This document shows positions 20,976 through 30,455 of a DNA stretch of 64,000 bases, piece after piece. Source of the stretch: a virus (lineage: Duplodnaviria; Caudoviricetes); IMG/VR virus record IMGVR_UViG_3300009424_000011, positions 1 to 64,000 of that record. The stretch is one strand, 5' to 3'. Each line of letters starts with the position of its first letter. Position 1 is the stretch's first letter. The position numbers and the translations under genes were made by a program. The notes beneath the pieces were generated by a model that saw only the letters and a program-made list of their open reading frames with translations, made no database searches and was not told the origin of the DNA.

Positions 20976-23291
20976 TTGAAGCTCAAGCCGAAAAAATATC
21001 GTCGTCTCGTATTCGACGCGGAAACCGATGGCCTGCTTGAGCAAGTCACGGTCTGCCATTGCGTCGCGGTCCGAGATTATGACACCGGCCAGCGGTGGGT
21101 GTTCCGCAAGAACAAGCGCGAGGACACGATCCACAAGCTGTTCGCGCTGCTCGACGACGCTGAGGAAATCTGGGGCCACAACATCGTGGCCTACGACATT
21201 CCCATGCTGGAAATCCTCTTCGGATACCAGCCGCAAGCACGTATCCGCGACACGCTGATCCTCGCTCGTCTGATGTTCCCCGACCAGAAGGACAAGGACT
21301 TCCGTCTGTTCGAAGGCGGCAAGCTCGAAGGTAAGCTGATCGGCAAGCACACGCTCGATAGCTGGGGCCAACGTCTCGGCATGTATAAGGGCGACTACAA
21401 GGCGATCAAAGAAGCGATCGGTCTCGAACGGGGTTACCTCAAGGACTCCGAGGAAATGCGTCTCTGGGTCTGGGGGACGTGGACCGAAGAACTGGAAGAA
21501 TACTGCGTCAATGACGTAGAGGTCACCTGCCTTCTGGTCAAGATGATCGAGAGCCGCGAGGCTTCCCCTGATGCTGTCTATGTGCAGCACCGTCTCGGTG
21601 ATCTCATGGCCCGGCAGCAGGAGAACGGATTCCCATTCGACGCACCACGCGCCAAGATGCTGGCCGGAGAACTCACGGTCGAGCAAGCCAATCTCGAAGC
21701 CAAGCTCGCGATCTCCTTCCCCGGTCGTTTCATCCCGAAGAAGCGGATGGACACAGCACCGATCGGCCGGAACGTCAACGGCGGCGAGTTCCCTGACTTC
21801 TGGGGAACCGCTGAGATCAAGTTCGATTCCAATCTGTCGGCCAGCGAAGCGATCGCCAAGCAACGCGCCGAGATGGATGAACTGGTCCCTGACCGCCGGT
21901 GGTATGGCTACCCCGAGACCAAACCAAAGGATGCACTGAACTTCAAGGACCCGCTCCGCGCTCGTTACAGCGCCGGGGCACACTTCACGCCGATCATCTG
22001 GCAGGAGTTCAAGCCGACATCACGCCCCCAGATTACCGACCGACTGCAAGAGCTTGGTTGGGAGCCTGAGGATGAGGACTATACCGAGAAGGGTAACGTC
22101 AAAGCGAACGACGTGATCCTTCGCCGGATCGTCGAGAAGTTCCCGGTCGCCGAAGACCTTGCCGATCTGCTCGCGATCCGCAAGCTGATGGGCCAGTTGG
22201 CTGACGGCAAGCAGGCGTGGCTCAAGGTCTACAATCCTACCACCGGGTGCATCCACGCCTACGTCAACCCATGCGGCGCGGTCACCACCCGTGCGACGCA
22301 CGCATTCCCGAACCTTGCACAGGTCCCGGCCGTCCGCAAGAAAAAGCCCAAGATCACTGCGCTCAAGCCGATCACCAAGCCGACCGGTATCATCCGCCCG
22401 AATGCCATCTTCAAGGGTGGTCCGGTGCTTGTGATGCACAAGGGACGGCGCTGCGATAACTGGCAGGAGCTTGCTCAGTCCGTTGATGAAAATGGCGAGC
22501 CGTTCTTCAAGCGTGATGATGATGGCGATCTGATCGTCGAAGTCATCATTCTCGGGCTCAAGGGCGGCTGGGGCTACGAGTGCCGCTCGCTGTTTACGGT
22601 CTATGAAGGCTTCAAGCTTGTCGGGTCTGACTTGGCTGGTATCGAGCTTCGCTGCCTCGCACATGAAATGGCGAAGTATGACGGTGGTGCTTACGGGCAG
22701 GTTCTGCTCGAAGGTGACATCCACTCTGAAAACCAGCGCCTCGCCGGGCTGGATATGCGTGACACGGCCAAGACCTTTATCTACGCCTTCCTCTATGGGG
22801 CGGGCGACGAGAAGATTGGTAAGATTATTTCTCCTCTTTCAAGCCCAGTTCAACAGGCAAAGATTGGTAAGGAACTCAAGCAGAAGTTCCTCAAGAACTT
22901 GCCGGCCCTGAACAAGGTGATCCGTGACATCCAGCGTCAAGCCGGACGTAAGTTCCTCGAAGGTCTGGATGGCCGTCGTCTGTTCGTGCGCTCCAAGCAC
23001 GCGGCTCTCAACACCGACCTGCAAGGCATGGGTGCCACGATCGCCAACTGGTGGCTGATCTTTGTGGAAGATATGCTATATGAAGAAGGTCTTGAATATG
23101 GTTGGGACAAAGATTTCGTATTCTGCGCTTGGGTCCACGATGAGATTCAAATTGCTTGTAGAGAAGGTCTTGAAGAAAAAGTCATGGAAGTCTGTGTCAA
23201 GGCTGCATTAGAAGCTGGTAATTACCTTAACTTTGCTCTTCCAGTTGACGCGTCAGCTTCGTGTGGTTATGCTTGGCACGAGACACACTAA
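20976..23291 (+). CDS. Family A DNA polymerase, T7-like (3'-5' exonuclease plus polymerase)
   Basis: DAETDG, DLAGIELR, AKTFIYAFLYGAG and VHDEIQ motifs. Confidence 0.95.
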   Translation: MKLKPKKYRRLVFDAETDGLLEQVTVCHCVAVRDYDTGQRWVFRKNKREDTIHKLFALLDDAEEIWGHNIVAYDIPMLEILFGYQPQARIRDTLILARLMFPDQKDKDFRLFEGGKLEGKLIGKHTLDSWGQRLGMYKGDYKAIKEAIGLERGYLKDSEEMRLWVWGTWTEELEEYCVNDVEVTCLLVKMIESREASPDAVYVQHRLGDLMARQQENGFPFDAPRAKMLAGELTVEQANLEAKLAISFPGRFIPKKRMDTAPIGRNVNGGEFPDFWGTAEIKFDSNLSASEAIAKQRAEMDELVPDRRWYGYPETKPKDALNFKDPLRARYSAGAHFTPIIWQEFKPTSRPQITDRLQELGWEPEDEDYTEKGNVKANDVILRRIVEKFPVAEDLADLLAIRKLMGQLADGKQAWLKVYNPTTGCIHAYVNPCGAVTTRATHAFPNLAQVPAVRKKKPKITALKPITKPTGIIRPNAIFKGGPVLVMHKGRRCDNWQELAQSVDENGEPFFKRDDDGDLIVEVIILGLKGGWGYECRSLFTVYEGFKLVGSDLAGIELRCLAHEMAKYDGGAYGQVLLEGDIHSENQRLAGLDMRDTAKTFIYAFLYGAGDEKIGKIISPLSSPVQQAKIGKELKQKFLKNLPALNKVIRDIQRQAGRKFLEGLDGRRLFVRSKHAALNTDLQGMGATIANWWLIFVEDMLYEEGLEYGWDKDFVFCAWVHDEIQIACREGLEEKVMEVCVKAALEAGNYLNFALPVDASASCGYAWHETH

Positions 23292-23770
23292 TGCTTCGTG
23301 ATACAGCCGCTTTAGGATTAGCATCAGAACTTTTAGTTGCCTCCCATCTGGCAGCTAAAGGTTTTGATGTCCATATGTCAATCGCATCCCAGTCCCGAGC
23401 CGACCTCGTATACATTAAAGAAGGTAAGGCTGTGCGTGTGCAGGTAAAGACAGCGCAGTGGTCTAAGTTTGGTGATGGTCACTTTGCTTACGAGAGATGC
23501 CCACTTCTAACTAAATCTCATCTTAATGGATACACTCCTGATGAGATCGATGAACTATGGGTAGTCGGAACTCATCTATGGTGCTTTCCTATTGATAAAC
23601 TGATAGGGAAAAGACATATCGCTTTGGGTTCAAATAATCCTGAACCCCGTAGCCGGTATAAATGCAATGGGTATATCCCCGGAGACTATGTTGTGATCCG
23701 AGGAAGTTACGAACGTCCGTTCAGAGAACGTCATAGCTACAGCGAAAGTAACATTAAGGAAACACAATGA
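23291..23770 (+). CDS. PD-(D/E)XK homing-type endonuclease
   Basis: SE...ADLV...VQVKT; AT-rich; TAATG overlap with the polymerase stop. Confidence 0.75.
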   Translation: MLRDTAALGLASELLVASHLAAKGFDVHMSIASQSRADLVYIKEGKAVRVQVKTAQWSKFGDGHFAYERCPLLTKSHLNGYTPDEIDELWVVGTHLWCFPIDKLIGKRHIALGSNNPEPRSRYKCNGYIPGDYVVIRGSYERPFRERHSYSESNIKETQ

Positions 23771-23954
23771 CCGAACCTGCCATCGTTATCGTCGTCGCAG
23801 GGCTTGCCTTGTATCTTCTGTATAATCTGAGCCTTACCAATCCACATGGGTGGTCCGATTATCCGGATTGTTCTCGTAGCACGCCCAGTAAACTTGTCGC
23901 ACTGTTCGTTGCGGCTGTGGTGGGCCTGATCATCTTTCTTCTGGAGTATTTCCT

Positions 23955-24302
23955 GTGAAGCTCACCACCGAATATGCCTTGCGTCTCTACGATGATGATA
24001 GCGGTGATTACCTCGCACTCAGCCCGAACGTTGATGGGGCCGGTCTGTTTGAAATCAGATCGGTTGCTTCCGGCCAGACCGAAGGATGCTTGGTTCTCAC
24101 CGGGGAGCAAGTGGATGCTTTGATCGAAGGGCTCAAGAAGCTCCGCGAACTCAACATGCCTATCCCCAAGCTGGTGATCGATTTCCCCATTTCAGGTGTG
24201 GACATCACACCGGGGCCGATTGTCCGCTCGCCGGAGGGCTCACCTATTCGCTCCCCGATAGGCCCGGCCTACGACCCTGCCCAGCCACCTTTTTCGCGCT
24301 GA
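23955..24302 (+). CDS. Hypothetical protein
   Basis: GGAG RBS; in the same gene run. Confidence 0.55.
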   Translation: MKLTTEYALRLYDDDSGDYLALSPNVDGAGLFEIRSVASGQTEGCLVLTGEQVDALIEGLKKLRELNMPIPKLVIDFPISGVDITPGPIVRSPEGSPIRSPIGPAYDPAQPPFSR

Positions 24303-24371
24303 CCGCCATTTTCACTTGACATCACAGACAGTTTGACATAACGCAGTCTGGACAACAAGGTTCTCCCCGAC

Positions 24372-25094
24372 ATGAACATCCTCTTCTTCGACGTGGAATC
24401 CACCGGCCTACCCCGGAAGGACCCCGAGACTGGTGAGACCCACCAGCCGAATATCACGCAGCTTGGTTTCATCCTCGAACGCCACGGCGTTGATGTCATC
24501 ACGCTCGACGCCCTCATCAAGCCCGACAACTGGTATCTCCACGAAGACCCCACCGGCGAACTTCCGCCTTCGATCATCTCACACAAGGCTATGGAAGTCA
24601 CCGGCATCACGCCCGAGATGTGCGAAGAGCAGGGTATCCCGATCGCCGATGCGGTCGAGATGTTCATCATCGCAGCGGAACATGCCGACCTGATCGTTTG
24701 TCACAACACCGCCTTCGATACCAAGGTGATGGAAGGTGAATACGCTCGCCTCCGACCGAACCACAAGACGCCGAGTGATGTCTTCGCCGGATCGCCCTTC
24801 CTCTGCACGATGAAGACCGCCACACCGATCTGCAAGATTCCCAAGAAGGGAGTCGTCCGGGTCGGTAGCACCAACTACAAGTGGCCCAAGCTGGAGGAAG
24901 CGGTTCCCTTCTTCTTCGGCGTCGAGATGGAAAACGCTCACTCCGCTATCGTCGATATTTCGTGGACCCGTAAGGTGTTCCATGAACTGGTCGCGCTGGG
25001 TGCCTTCGACAAGGAAGTCCGACGGCTGGAACGAGCCGGCAAGATCACCCCGGCTCTCTACGAGGAGTTCATGGCGCTGGGAGAAGCTGCCTGA
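24372..25094 (+). CDS. DEDDh 3'-5' exonuclease (DnaQ-like)
   Basis: FDVESTG, HNTAFD and AHSAIVD motifs. Confidence 0.88.
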   Translation: MNILFFDVESTGLPRKDPETGETHQPNITQLGFILERHGVDVITLDALIKPDNWYLHEDPTGELPPSIISHKAMEVTGITPEMCEEQGIPIADAVEMFIIAAEHADLIVCHNTAFDTKVMEGEYARLRPNHKTPSDVFAGSPFLCTMKTATPICKIPKKGVVRVGSTNYKWPKLEEAVPFFFGVEMENAHSAIVDISWTRKVFHELVALGAFDKEVRRLERAGKITPALYEEFMALGEAA

Positions 25095-25532
25095 TGATCG
25101 TGCAAGAGAGCGTTTGGGCTGTGATGTGTCGTAACCCCAACGGCGAAGGGTGGAAGTGTTTGGGCATAACCACCGATGAAGATGAAGCTGAGGCAATCGC
25201 ACGGGTCGCTATCGAGACCGTCACGCAGAGCTACAGTTTCCACAACCAGTCTCTTCGTTCCGCTGTCGATGCGGCGTTGCAGACTGTTCGTATTATCCCA
25301 GCCGTTCTCGGCTACGATGATTGGGACATGATCCGTGTCGAATAATCTCTCCCGTATCGATCCCGAACTACACTTCCCGATCGGGCAGGTGTTCGAGGTC
25401 CCCGACCAATACAACGGCCATCAGCGTGGCACTTTCTACTTCCGGAGCTTGTTCACCCACGCTCTTCGAGGTACCTTCAAGACGCAAGAGCAGGCTTCAT
25501 TCCACCTGATCCGCGACGACGACGGCTCATAA
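25094..25532 (+). CDS. Two small hypothetical ORFs (25094-25345 and 25335-25532)
   Basis: Overlapping, operon-like arrangement. Confidence 0.45.
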
Positions 25533-25556
25533 ATCTCCAGCATTAAGGTAAACACA

Positions 25557-25931
25557 ATGGGTTATATTTCCGGCACCGCTGCTGTCAATCTCGCACGGGT
25601 ATGTCACGAAGCCAATCGCGCATGGTGCGAATACAATGGCGACACCAGCCAACCAGCATGGGAAGACGCTCCCAAGTGGCAGCAGGATTCCGCGATCGCC
25701 GGTGTGCGCTTCGTGGTCGGCAACCCGGACGCTGGTGATAGCGCCAGCCATGAATCGTGGATGCGTGAGAAGGTCACCGATGGCTGGGTCTACGGCGAGG
25801 TCAAGGACCCGGAAGCCAAGACGCACCCCTGCATGGTTCCGTTCGAAGAGCTACCGCCAGAGCAGCAGTTCAAGGACCGCCTGTTCCGGACCATCGTCCT
25901 CAGCACGGCCAAGGGGTTGGGAGTCCTCTAA
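25557..25931 (+). CDS. RyR-domain phage protein
   Basis: HESWMREK..DGWVYG..KD...KTHPCMVPFEELP. Confidence 0.8.
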   Translation: MGYISGTAAVNLARVCHEANRAWCEYNGDTSQPAWEDAPKWQQDSAIAGVRFVVGNPDAGDSASHESWMREKVTDGWVYGEVKDPEAKTHPCMVPFEELPPEQQFKDRLFRTIVLSTAKGLGVL

Positions 25932-26437
25932 TGACCGCATCACTGCTCACTCTCAATACAACAATTCCAGCCGCTGATCTGCCGGGCACGCCAGTCGTGG
26001 TCGTCTACGAAAATGGTGACTGGGAAGTCGCATTCGCTGGTGACGTGGATGCGATCCAAGAAGGTAACGATAGCTTCCACAGCCATCACGCGTTCTCCGA
26101 AGTATTCGTCCTCGTGATGATCCACTTCGAAATGGGCGACGAAGATGATCTCGATGTGTCAGATGGTGTGATCTATTTCACCATCTCGGAAACGGTCAAC
26201 GAAGGTGCCGAGGATGAACCAGTTCTGGTGATATTCCAAGACGGCGAGATCGATGTCACCGAACGCTACCACGCCGAGAGTATGGTCGCCACCGATCCCA
26301 CCATGGATGTCATCCAGAACTTCATCCCGCTGCTCGAACTGTTCAAGGACTTTGCGAAGTTTCGTGGTCGGCATGAGGACATCATGTTTGGTGAGTCCGA
26401 TTTCGACGCCGACGATGACGAAGATGAGGACGAGTGA
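25931..26437 (+). CDS. Acidic hypothetical protein
   Basis: Coupled ORF, Asp/Glu-rich. Confidence 0.6.
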   Translation: MTASLLTLNTTIPAADLPGTPVVVVYENGDWEVAFAGDVDAIQEGNDSFHSHHAFSEVFVLVMIHFEMGDEDDLDVSDGVIYFTISETVNEGAEDEPVLVIFQDGEIDVTERYHAESMVATDPTMDVIQNFIPLLELFKDFAKFRGRHEDIMFGESDFDADDDEDEDE

Positions 26438-26961
26438 TGACCCAGTTCACCAATCTACGTGATGCCAATCGCGCTCGCCAAGCTGAGTGGGATACCGGCG
26501 GCGACATCACCCTGTCCTATGCGGGCAATGAGCTTGCCGGTGAAGCTGGTGAACTGATCGAAGCGGCTACCGATATTCTTTTCGGCGGCTCCGATCAGGA
26601 AGCGCTCATCCAAGAGATTGGTGATGTGATTATCTGCTGCGATCTCATTGCTCTGCGCTGCGATCTCGAACTCAATCTGGAGCCGGAAATTCCGTTGTTC
26701 GGTATGCCGAAGGACATCATGCTCGATCTGGCGATTCAGGTCGGAATGGTCTCCAACACGATCAAGAAACAAGAGCGCGAACGCTTCGGAATGGTAGGCG
26801 CTCGTGGCTCACTCGAAGACCTGAACCGAAACCTCAACGAAGTGGTGGTCTATGTCTTCCGACTGGCCCGTTGCTTCGATCTCCACGCCGGCTCCTGTGT
26901 CGCCCAGAAGTTCAACCTAACGAGCCGCAAGTATGGGCTCAAGACTGAGATGGTGGTGTAA
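26434..26961 (+). CDS. MazG-like NTP pyrophosphohydrolase
   Basis: ELAGEAGE...QEIGD. Confidence 0.7.
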   Translation: MMTQFTNLRDANRARQAEWDTGGDITLSYAGNELAGEAGELIEAATDILFGGSDQEALIQEIGDVIICCDLIALRCDLELNLEPEIPLFGMPKDIMLDLAIQVGMVSNTIKKQERERFGMVGARGSLEDLNRNLNEVVVYVFRLARCFDLHAGSCVAQKFNLTSRKYGLKTEMVV

Positions 26962-28022
26962 TGGCTGCGCTCAATTTCGATGGCATGTTCCAAGCCTTCT
27001 CGGATTCCAACGAGAAGGAATGGAAGTATGACCGCAACGCATCGGTCGGTGCGTCGGAAGCTTTCTCTTGCCTGAGGAAGGTCCACTTCAAGAAGTTCCA
27101 GTATGATCCGGATGACGATCACGAACAAGACTGGGGTGCCGCCAAGCGCGGTGACATCATCGAAAACTTCTTCGCTGTCCCAGCGACACAAGCGATCATG
27201 ACCGAAGGCGCGGAACTGCTCTACGCCGGTGATGAACAGGAAACCCTTCGTAAGGGCCGCCTGTCAGCAACACCGGACGGTCTGGCAACCGGGCTCGATC
27301 CGGATGCGCTGGCTCAGCTTGGTATCGATGACATCCTGTCCGAGGATTTGGTGATCGAATACAAGTCGTTCGATCCCCGCGCCAACATCAAGGAAGCCAA
27401 GGAAATCCACGTCGGTCAGGTTCAGGTCCAGATGGGCCTCATCCACGAACTCACTGAGTTCCGACCGGAGTATGCGGTGATCGTCTACTTCAACGCATCG
27501 TGGCTTTCGGACATCCGTCCCTACGTCGTCAAACGCGATCCGAAAATCTACGAGGCTGCCAAGCAGCGCGCCAAGATGATCTTCGCGGCTGAGAACCCGG
27601 CCGATCTGATGGCTGAGGGCAAGATTAGTGGTGAGTGCAATCTGTGTGAGTTCACACAGGAGTGCGCCTTCACCACCGGTGAGAACTTCCCCAAGGCCAA
27701 GCGCAAGATCGAAGACCCGGCGATCCTCGATCGTCTGGTGCTGCTTGCCGGCCGGCAGAAGGAATTTGCTGCTACCGCCAAGGAAGCAGAACACGAGAAG
27801 AAGGTGATCGAAGCAGAGATCAAGGAAATTCTCCGTGAACACGATACCAAGGGTGTTGGTGATGACCGTTTCACCATCAGCAACTCGTGGTGTGCGGGCA
27901 AGAAGTCGCTCGACACTCTTTCGCTTGCCGCTGATCTCCAAGACTTGGGGAAGAGCATCGATGATTACCAACGCGAAGGCAACGGATACGAGCGCCTGAC
28001 CGTCAAACTCAAGGACGCATAA
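26961..28022 (+). CDS. Cas4/YqaJ-like PD-(D/E)XK exonuclease
   Basis: ASE..C, TPDG, IEYKS, QVQVQMG and CNLC...C motifs. Confidence 0.8.
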   Translation: MAALNFDGMFQAFSDSNEKEWKYDRNASVGASEAFSCLRKVHFKKFQYDPDDDHEQDWGAAKRGDIIENFFAVPATQAIMTEGAELLYAGDEQETLRKGRLSATPDGLATGLDPDALAQLGIDDILSEDLVIEYKSFDPRANIKEAKEIHVGQVQVQMGLIHELTEFRPEYAVIVYFNASWLSDIRPYVVKRDPKIYEAAKQRAKMIFAAENPADLMAEGKISGECNLCEFTQECAFTTGENFPKAKRKIEDPAILDRLVLLAGRQKEFAATAKEAEHEKKVIEAEIKEILREHDTKGVGDDRFTISNSWCAGKKSLDTLSLAADLQDLGKSIDDYQREGNGYERLTVKLKDA

Positions 28023-28023
28023 C

Positions 28024-28272
28024 ATGGATACCAGTGCGGTTGATCCCGACATCACCCCGTGGACGATCGTGGATATTTCCTCGGAAGACTACCGGACCTA
28101 CAGCTACGCCAATGGTGCAAAGTTCCGCATCAACCGGCCAGTGACACTCTACCTGCTTGCCGACGGCGGGCACCGGGTTGTCGATAAGGACGGTGTGACC
28201 CATCGCCCCGAGCGCGGCTACCTCGGTATCTCGTGGAAGTCCAAGGATGGTCAGCCGCCCTTCGTCGCTTAA
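28024..28272 (+). CDS. Hypothetical protein
   Basis: 82-aa ORF with RBS. Confidence 0.6.
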   Translation: MDTSAVDPDITPWTIVDISSEDYRTYSYANGAKFRINRPVTLYLLADGGHRVVDKDGVTHRPERGYLGISWKSKDGQPPFVA

Positions 28273-28376
28273 TTATCCACCACCGACATTTTGGCTTGAC
28301 ATTAACCTTAACGGTGTGTAGCTAGAATGCCTCTGAACAACCAATACCGAATCACCTTCCGAAAGGTTCTCCCGAC

Positions 28377-28667
28377 ATGAACACACTCAACTCTTGGCTG
28401 CTGCGTTTCATCGCACGCAGCAGCGACTCGCTTGTCGCCTTCGTGGTCGCGCTTGATGCCAAGCTCGACATCTTCCTCGCTCAGAACGACGAAACCGTGA
28501 ACGCTCTCGAAGAGCGGATCGAAGACGTGCTGTCCGACGCCGAAGCCCAGATCAGCAGCATCCGTGAAGAAGCGGACAAGGCGATCGATGAAGTTCGCGC
28601 CGACATCGACAAGGCTGTCGAAGCGGCCAAGGTCCTCGCCAAGCTCAAGAGCGTCCTCAAGGACTAA
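28377..28667 (+). CDS. Coiled-coil hypothetical protein
   Basis: Follows the promoter at 28296. Confidence 0.6.
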   Translation: MNTLNSWLLRFIARSSDSLVAFVVALDAKLDIFLAQNDETVNALEERIEDVLSDAEAQISSIREEADKAIDEVRADIDKAVEAAKVLAKLKSVLKD

Positions 28668-28720
28668 TCTGCCCTCGCCGGGCGGGTCGCCCGGAAACCC
28701 CCTCTAAAAATGGAGTAACT

Positions 28721-29764
28721 ATGGGACAGCTTGTTCCTCAGTCCGGCGGCCGTGATGTCGCTACCACCGGTGCAAACCCTTGGGCGGAAGCCGGCAAGGG
28801 TGTGGCAGACGGTGCCTACCTCAAGTTCAATGGCAACGACGGCCGCTGGTCGTTCGGTCAGGACGACGAAGACCTTCCCGCAAAGAGCCGCGTCGTCGGT
28901 GACATGGGAACCCTCGCGTTCGGCTGGATGTGCTGGGTCGAGAGCGCGGTCGAGGAAGAAATCCTCGTTCCCGTGGTCGATGGCAAGCCGCCGATGGAAC
29001 ATGAACTGGAAGATCATGGACCCTATGACGATGACGATGGTTGGCGCGAAGCCGCTTCCATCAGCCTCGTTCTGGAGAGCTATGGCACCGACGATCAGGA
29101 CGAAGCCGTCGGCACCCCGCTGCTCTGGAAGACTTCCACCGGTGGTCAGGTCCGCCAGCTTCGCAAGCTCTCGGCCGCTTACGGTCGCGTGTTTGCCCAG
29201 CACCCCGGCGAGTTTCCGATCATCGAACTCGGTGCGGAATCCTACGTGCCCAAGGTCAAGAAGCACGGCAAGATCAAATGGTCGCCGGTTCTCAAGATCG
29301 TTGGCTGGATGACGGCCGAAGAACTGGCCGGGCTCACTGGTGACGGTGATTACGACGACGAAGACGACTTCGAAGAGCCGGCACCGGCCGCCAAGAAGAA
29401 GAAGGCGATCGCTCCGCCGCCCGAGGAAGAAGAGGAAGAGGAAGCACCGGCTCCGGCCCGTGGTCGTCGCGCTGCTGCCCCGGTTGAGGAAGAGGAGGAG
29501 GAAGAAGCCCCTGCTCCGCGCCGTGGTCGCCGTGCCGCTGCTCCTGTCGAAGAAGAAGAGGAGGAAGACGAGCCCGAAGCTCCTGCTCCGCGTCGTGGTC
29601 GTAAGGCTGCTGCTCCGGTCGAGGAAGAGGAGGAAGAAGCTCCTGCTCCCCGCCGTGGTCGGGCTGCCGCTGCTCCGGTCGAAGAGGAAGAGGAGGAAGC
29701 TCCCGCTCCCCGTCGTGGTCGTGGTGCCGCCGGTGGTGGTCGCCGGGTCCGCAACTTCGACTAA
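28721..29764 (+). CDS. Putative ssDNA-binding/annealing protein with repetitive acidic/basic tail
   Basis: YLKFNG...W N-terminal domain typical of phage SSB-like proteins; replication-gene context. Confidence 0.55.
   Translation: MGQLVPQSGGRDVATTGANPWAEAGKGVADGAYLKFNGNDGRWSFGQDDEDLPAKSRVVGDMGTLAFGWMCWVESAVEEEILVPVVDGKPPMEHELEDHGPYDDDDGWREAASISLVLESYGTDDQDEAVGTPLLWKTSTGGQVRQLRKLSAAYGRVFAQHPGEFPIIELGAESYVPKVKKHGKIKWSPVLKIVGWMTAEELAGLTGDGDYDDEDDFEEPAPAAKKKKAIAPPPEEEEEEEAPAPARGRRAAAPVEEEEEEEAPAPRRGRRAAAPVEEEEEEDEPEAPAPRRGRKAAAPVEEEEEEAPAPRRGRAAAAPVEEEEEEAPAPRRGRGAAGGGRRVRNFD
29410..29725 (+). repeat. Five ~60-bp tandem coding repeats, poly-E-APAPRRGRxAAAPV
   Basis: Visible in both DNA and protein. 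Confidence 0.9.
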
Positions 29765-29833
29765 CGGTTAGATGGGGAGGCGCACCCACGCCTCTGCGCC
29801 TCCCCATCGCCCATCACTCACAGGAGACAGAGC

Positions 29834-30157
29834 ATGACCAATCAGGTCGCCAACCCTTTCGATTTCATCACGCGTCTTCCCGAGGCGTCGATTACCCAGC
29901 CCTACGAAAAGCATCCGGGCATCTTCATTCAGGCCGCCTTGATCGAAGGACCGGGCCGTAATGTGTTCATCGAAGCGATCTTCGGTCCCAACGTTCCGAC
30001 TGTCACCTACACGGTGAACGTCGGTGGTCGTGGCTCGCTCGTGATCGCCGAACAGGAGTTCCGTGATCTCCTGTCGTCGGGTCTCGCACTGTTCGAGATT
30101 CGCACCACCGCGAGCGAAGCTCCGACACCCACGTCGGCTGCCGCGAAGGCTGACTGA
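29834..30157 (+). CDS. Hypothetical protein
   Basis: AGGAG RBS. Confidence 0.6.
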   Translation: MTNQVANPFDFITRLPEASITQPYEKHPGIFIQAALIEGPGRNVFIEAIFGPNVPTVTYTVNVGGRGSLVIAEQEFRDLLSSGLALFEIRTTASEAPTPTSAAAKAD

Positions 30158-30164
30158 TCACGCT

Positions 30165-30446
30165 ATGGTCCTGACCGACTCCTCTCTCCAGACCCTCATG
30201 CTCGCTCTCAGCATTCTCGTGCTTTTCGCCGGGACCCTCCTTTACTGGATTAACGAGCCTGAGAAAGTCAAGGGAGCGGGGCGGTTTGCGTTCAAGCTGA
30301 TCCTCAGACTCCTGTCTTACCCGGTGACGGTGGTATCGATCATTGTGCCCTTCATCTTGATGATGTTGTTTACAGTGATTGCCTATACCCTTCACCGGGT
30401 AAACGGTGAGCATGTCAATTACAAAGTCAAGGTCACCTTCGACTAA
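30165..30446 (+). CDS. Membrane protein
   Basis: Two hydrophobic segments. Confidence 0.5.
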   Translation: MVLTDSSLQTLMLALSILVLFAGTLLYWINEPEKVKGAGRFAFKLILRLLSYPVTVVSIIVPFILMMLFTVIAYTLHRVNGEHVNYKVKVTFD

Positions 30447-30455
30447 GGAACTCCA

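Noticed and set aside
28302-28312. CtrA binding site (TTAAC repeats)
   Set aside because: The spacing does not match TTAA-N7-TTAA.
29410-29725. Regularly spaced repeats as a CRISPR array, with a Cas4-like gene nearby
   Set aside because: They are in-frame degenerate coding repeats without unique spacers, and solo Cas4-like nucleases are common in phages.
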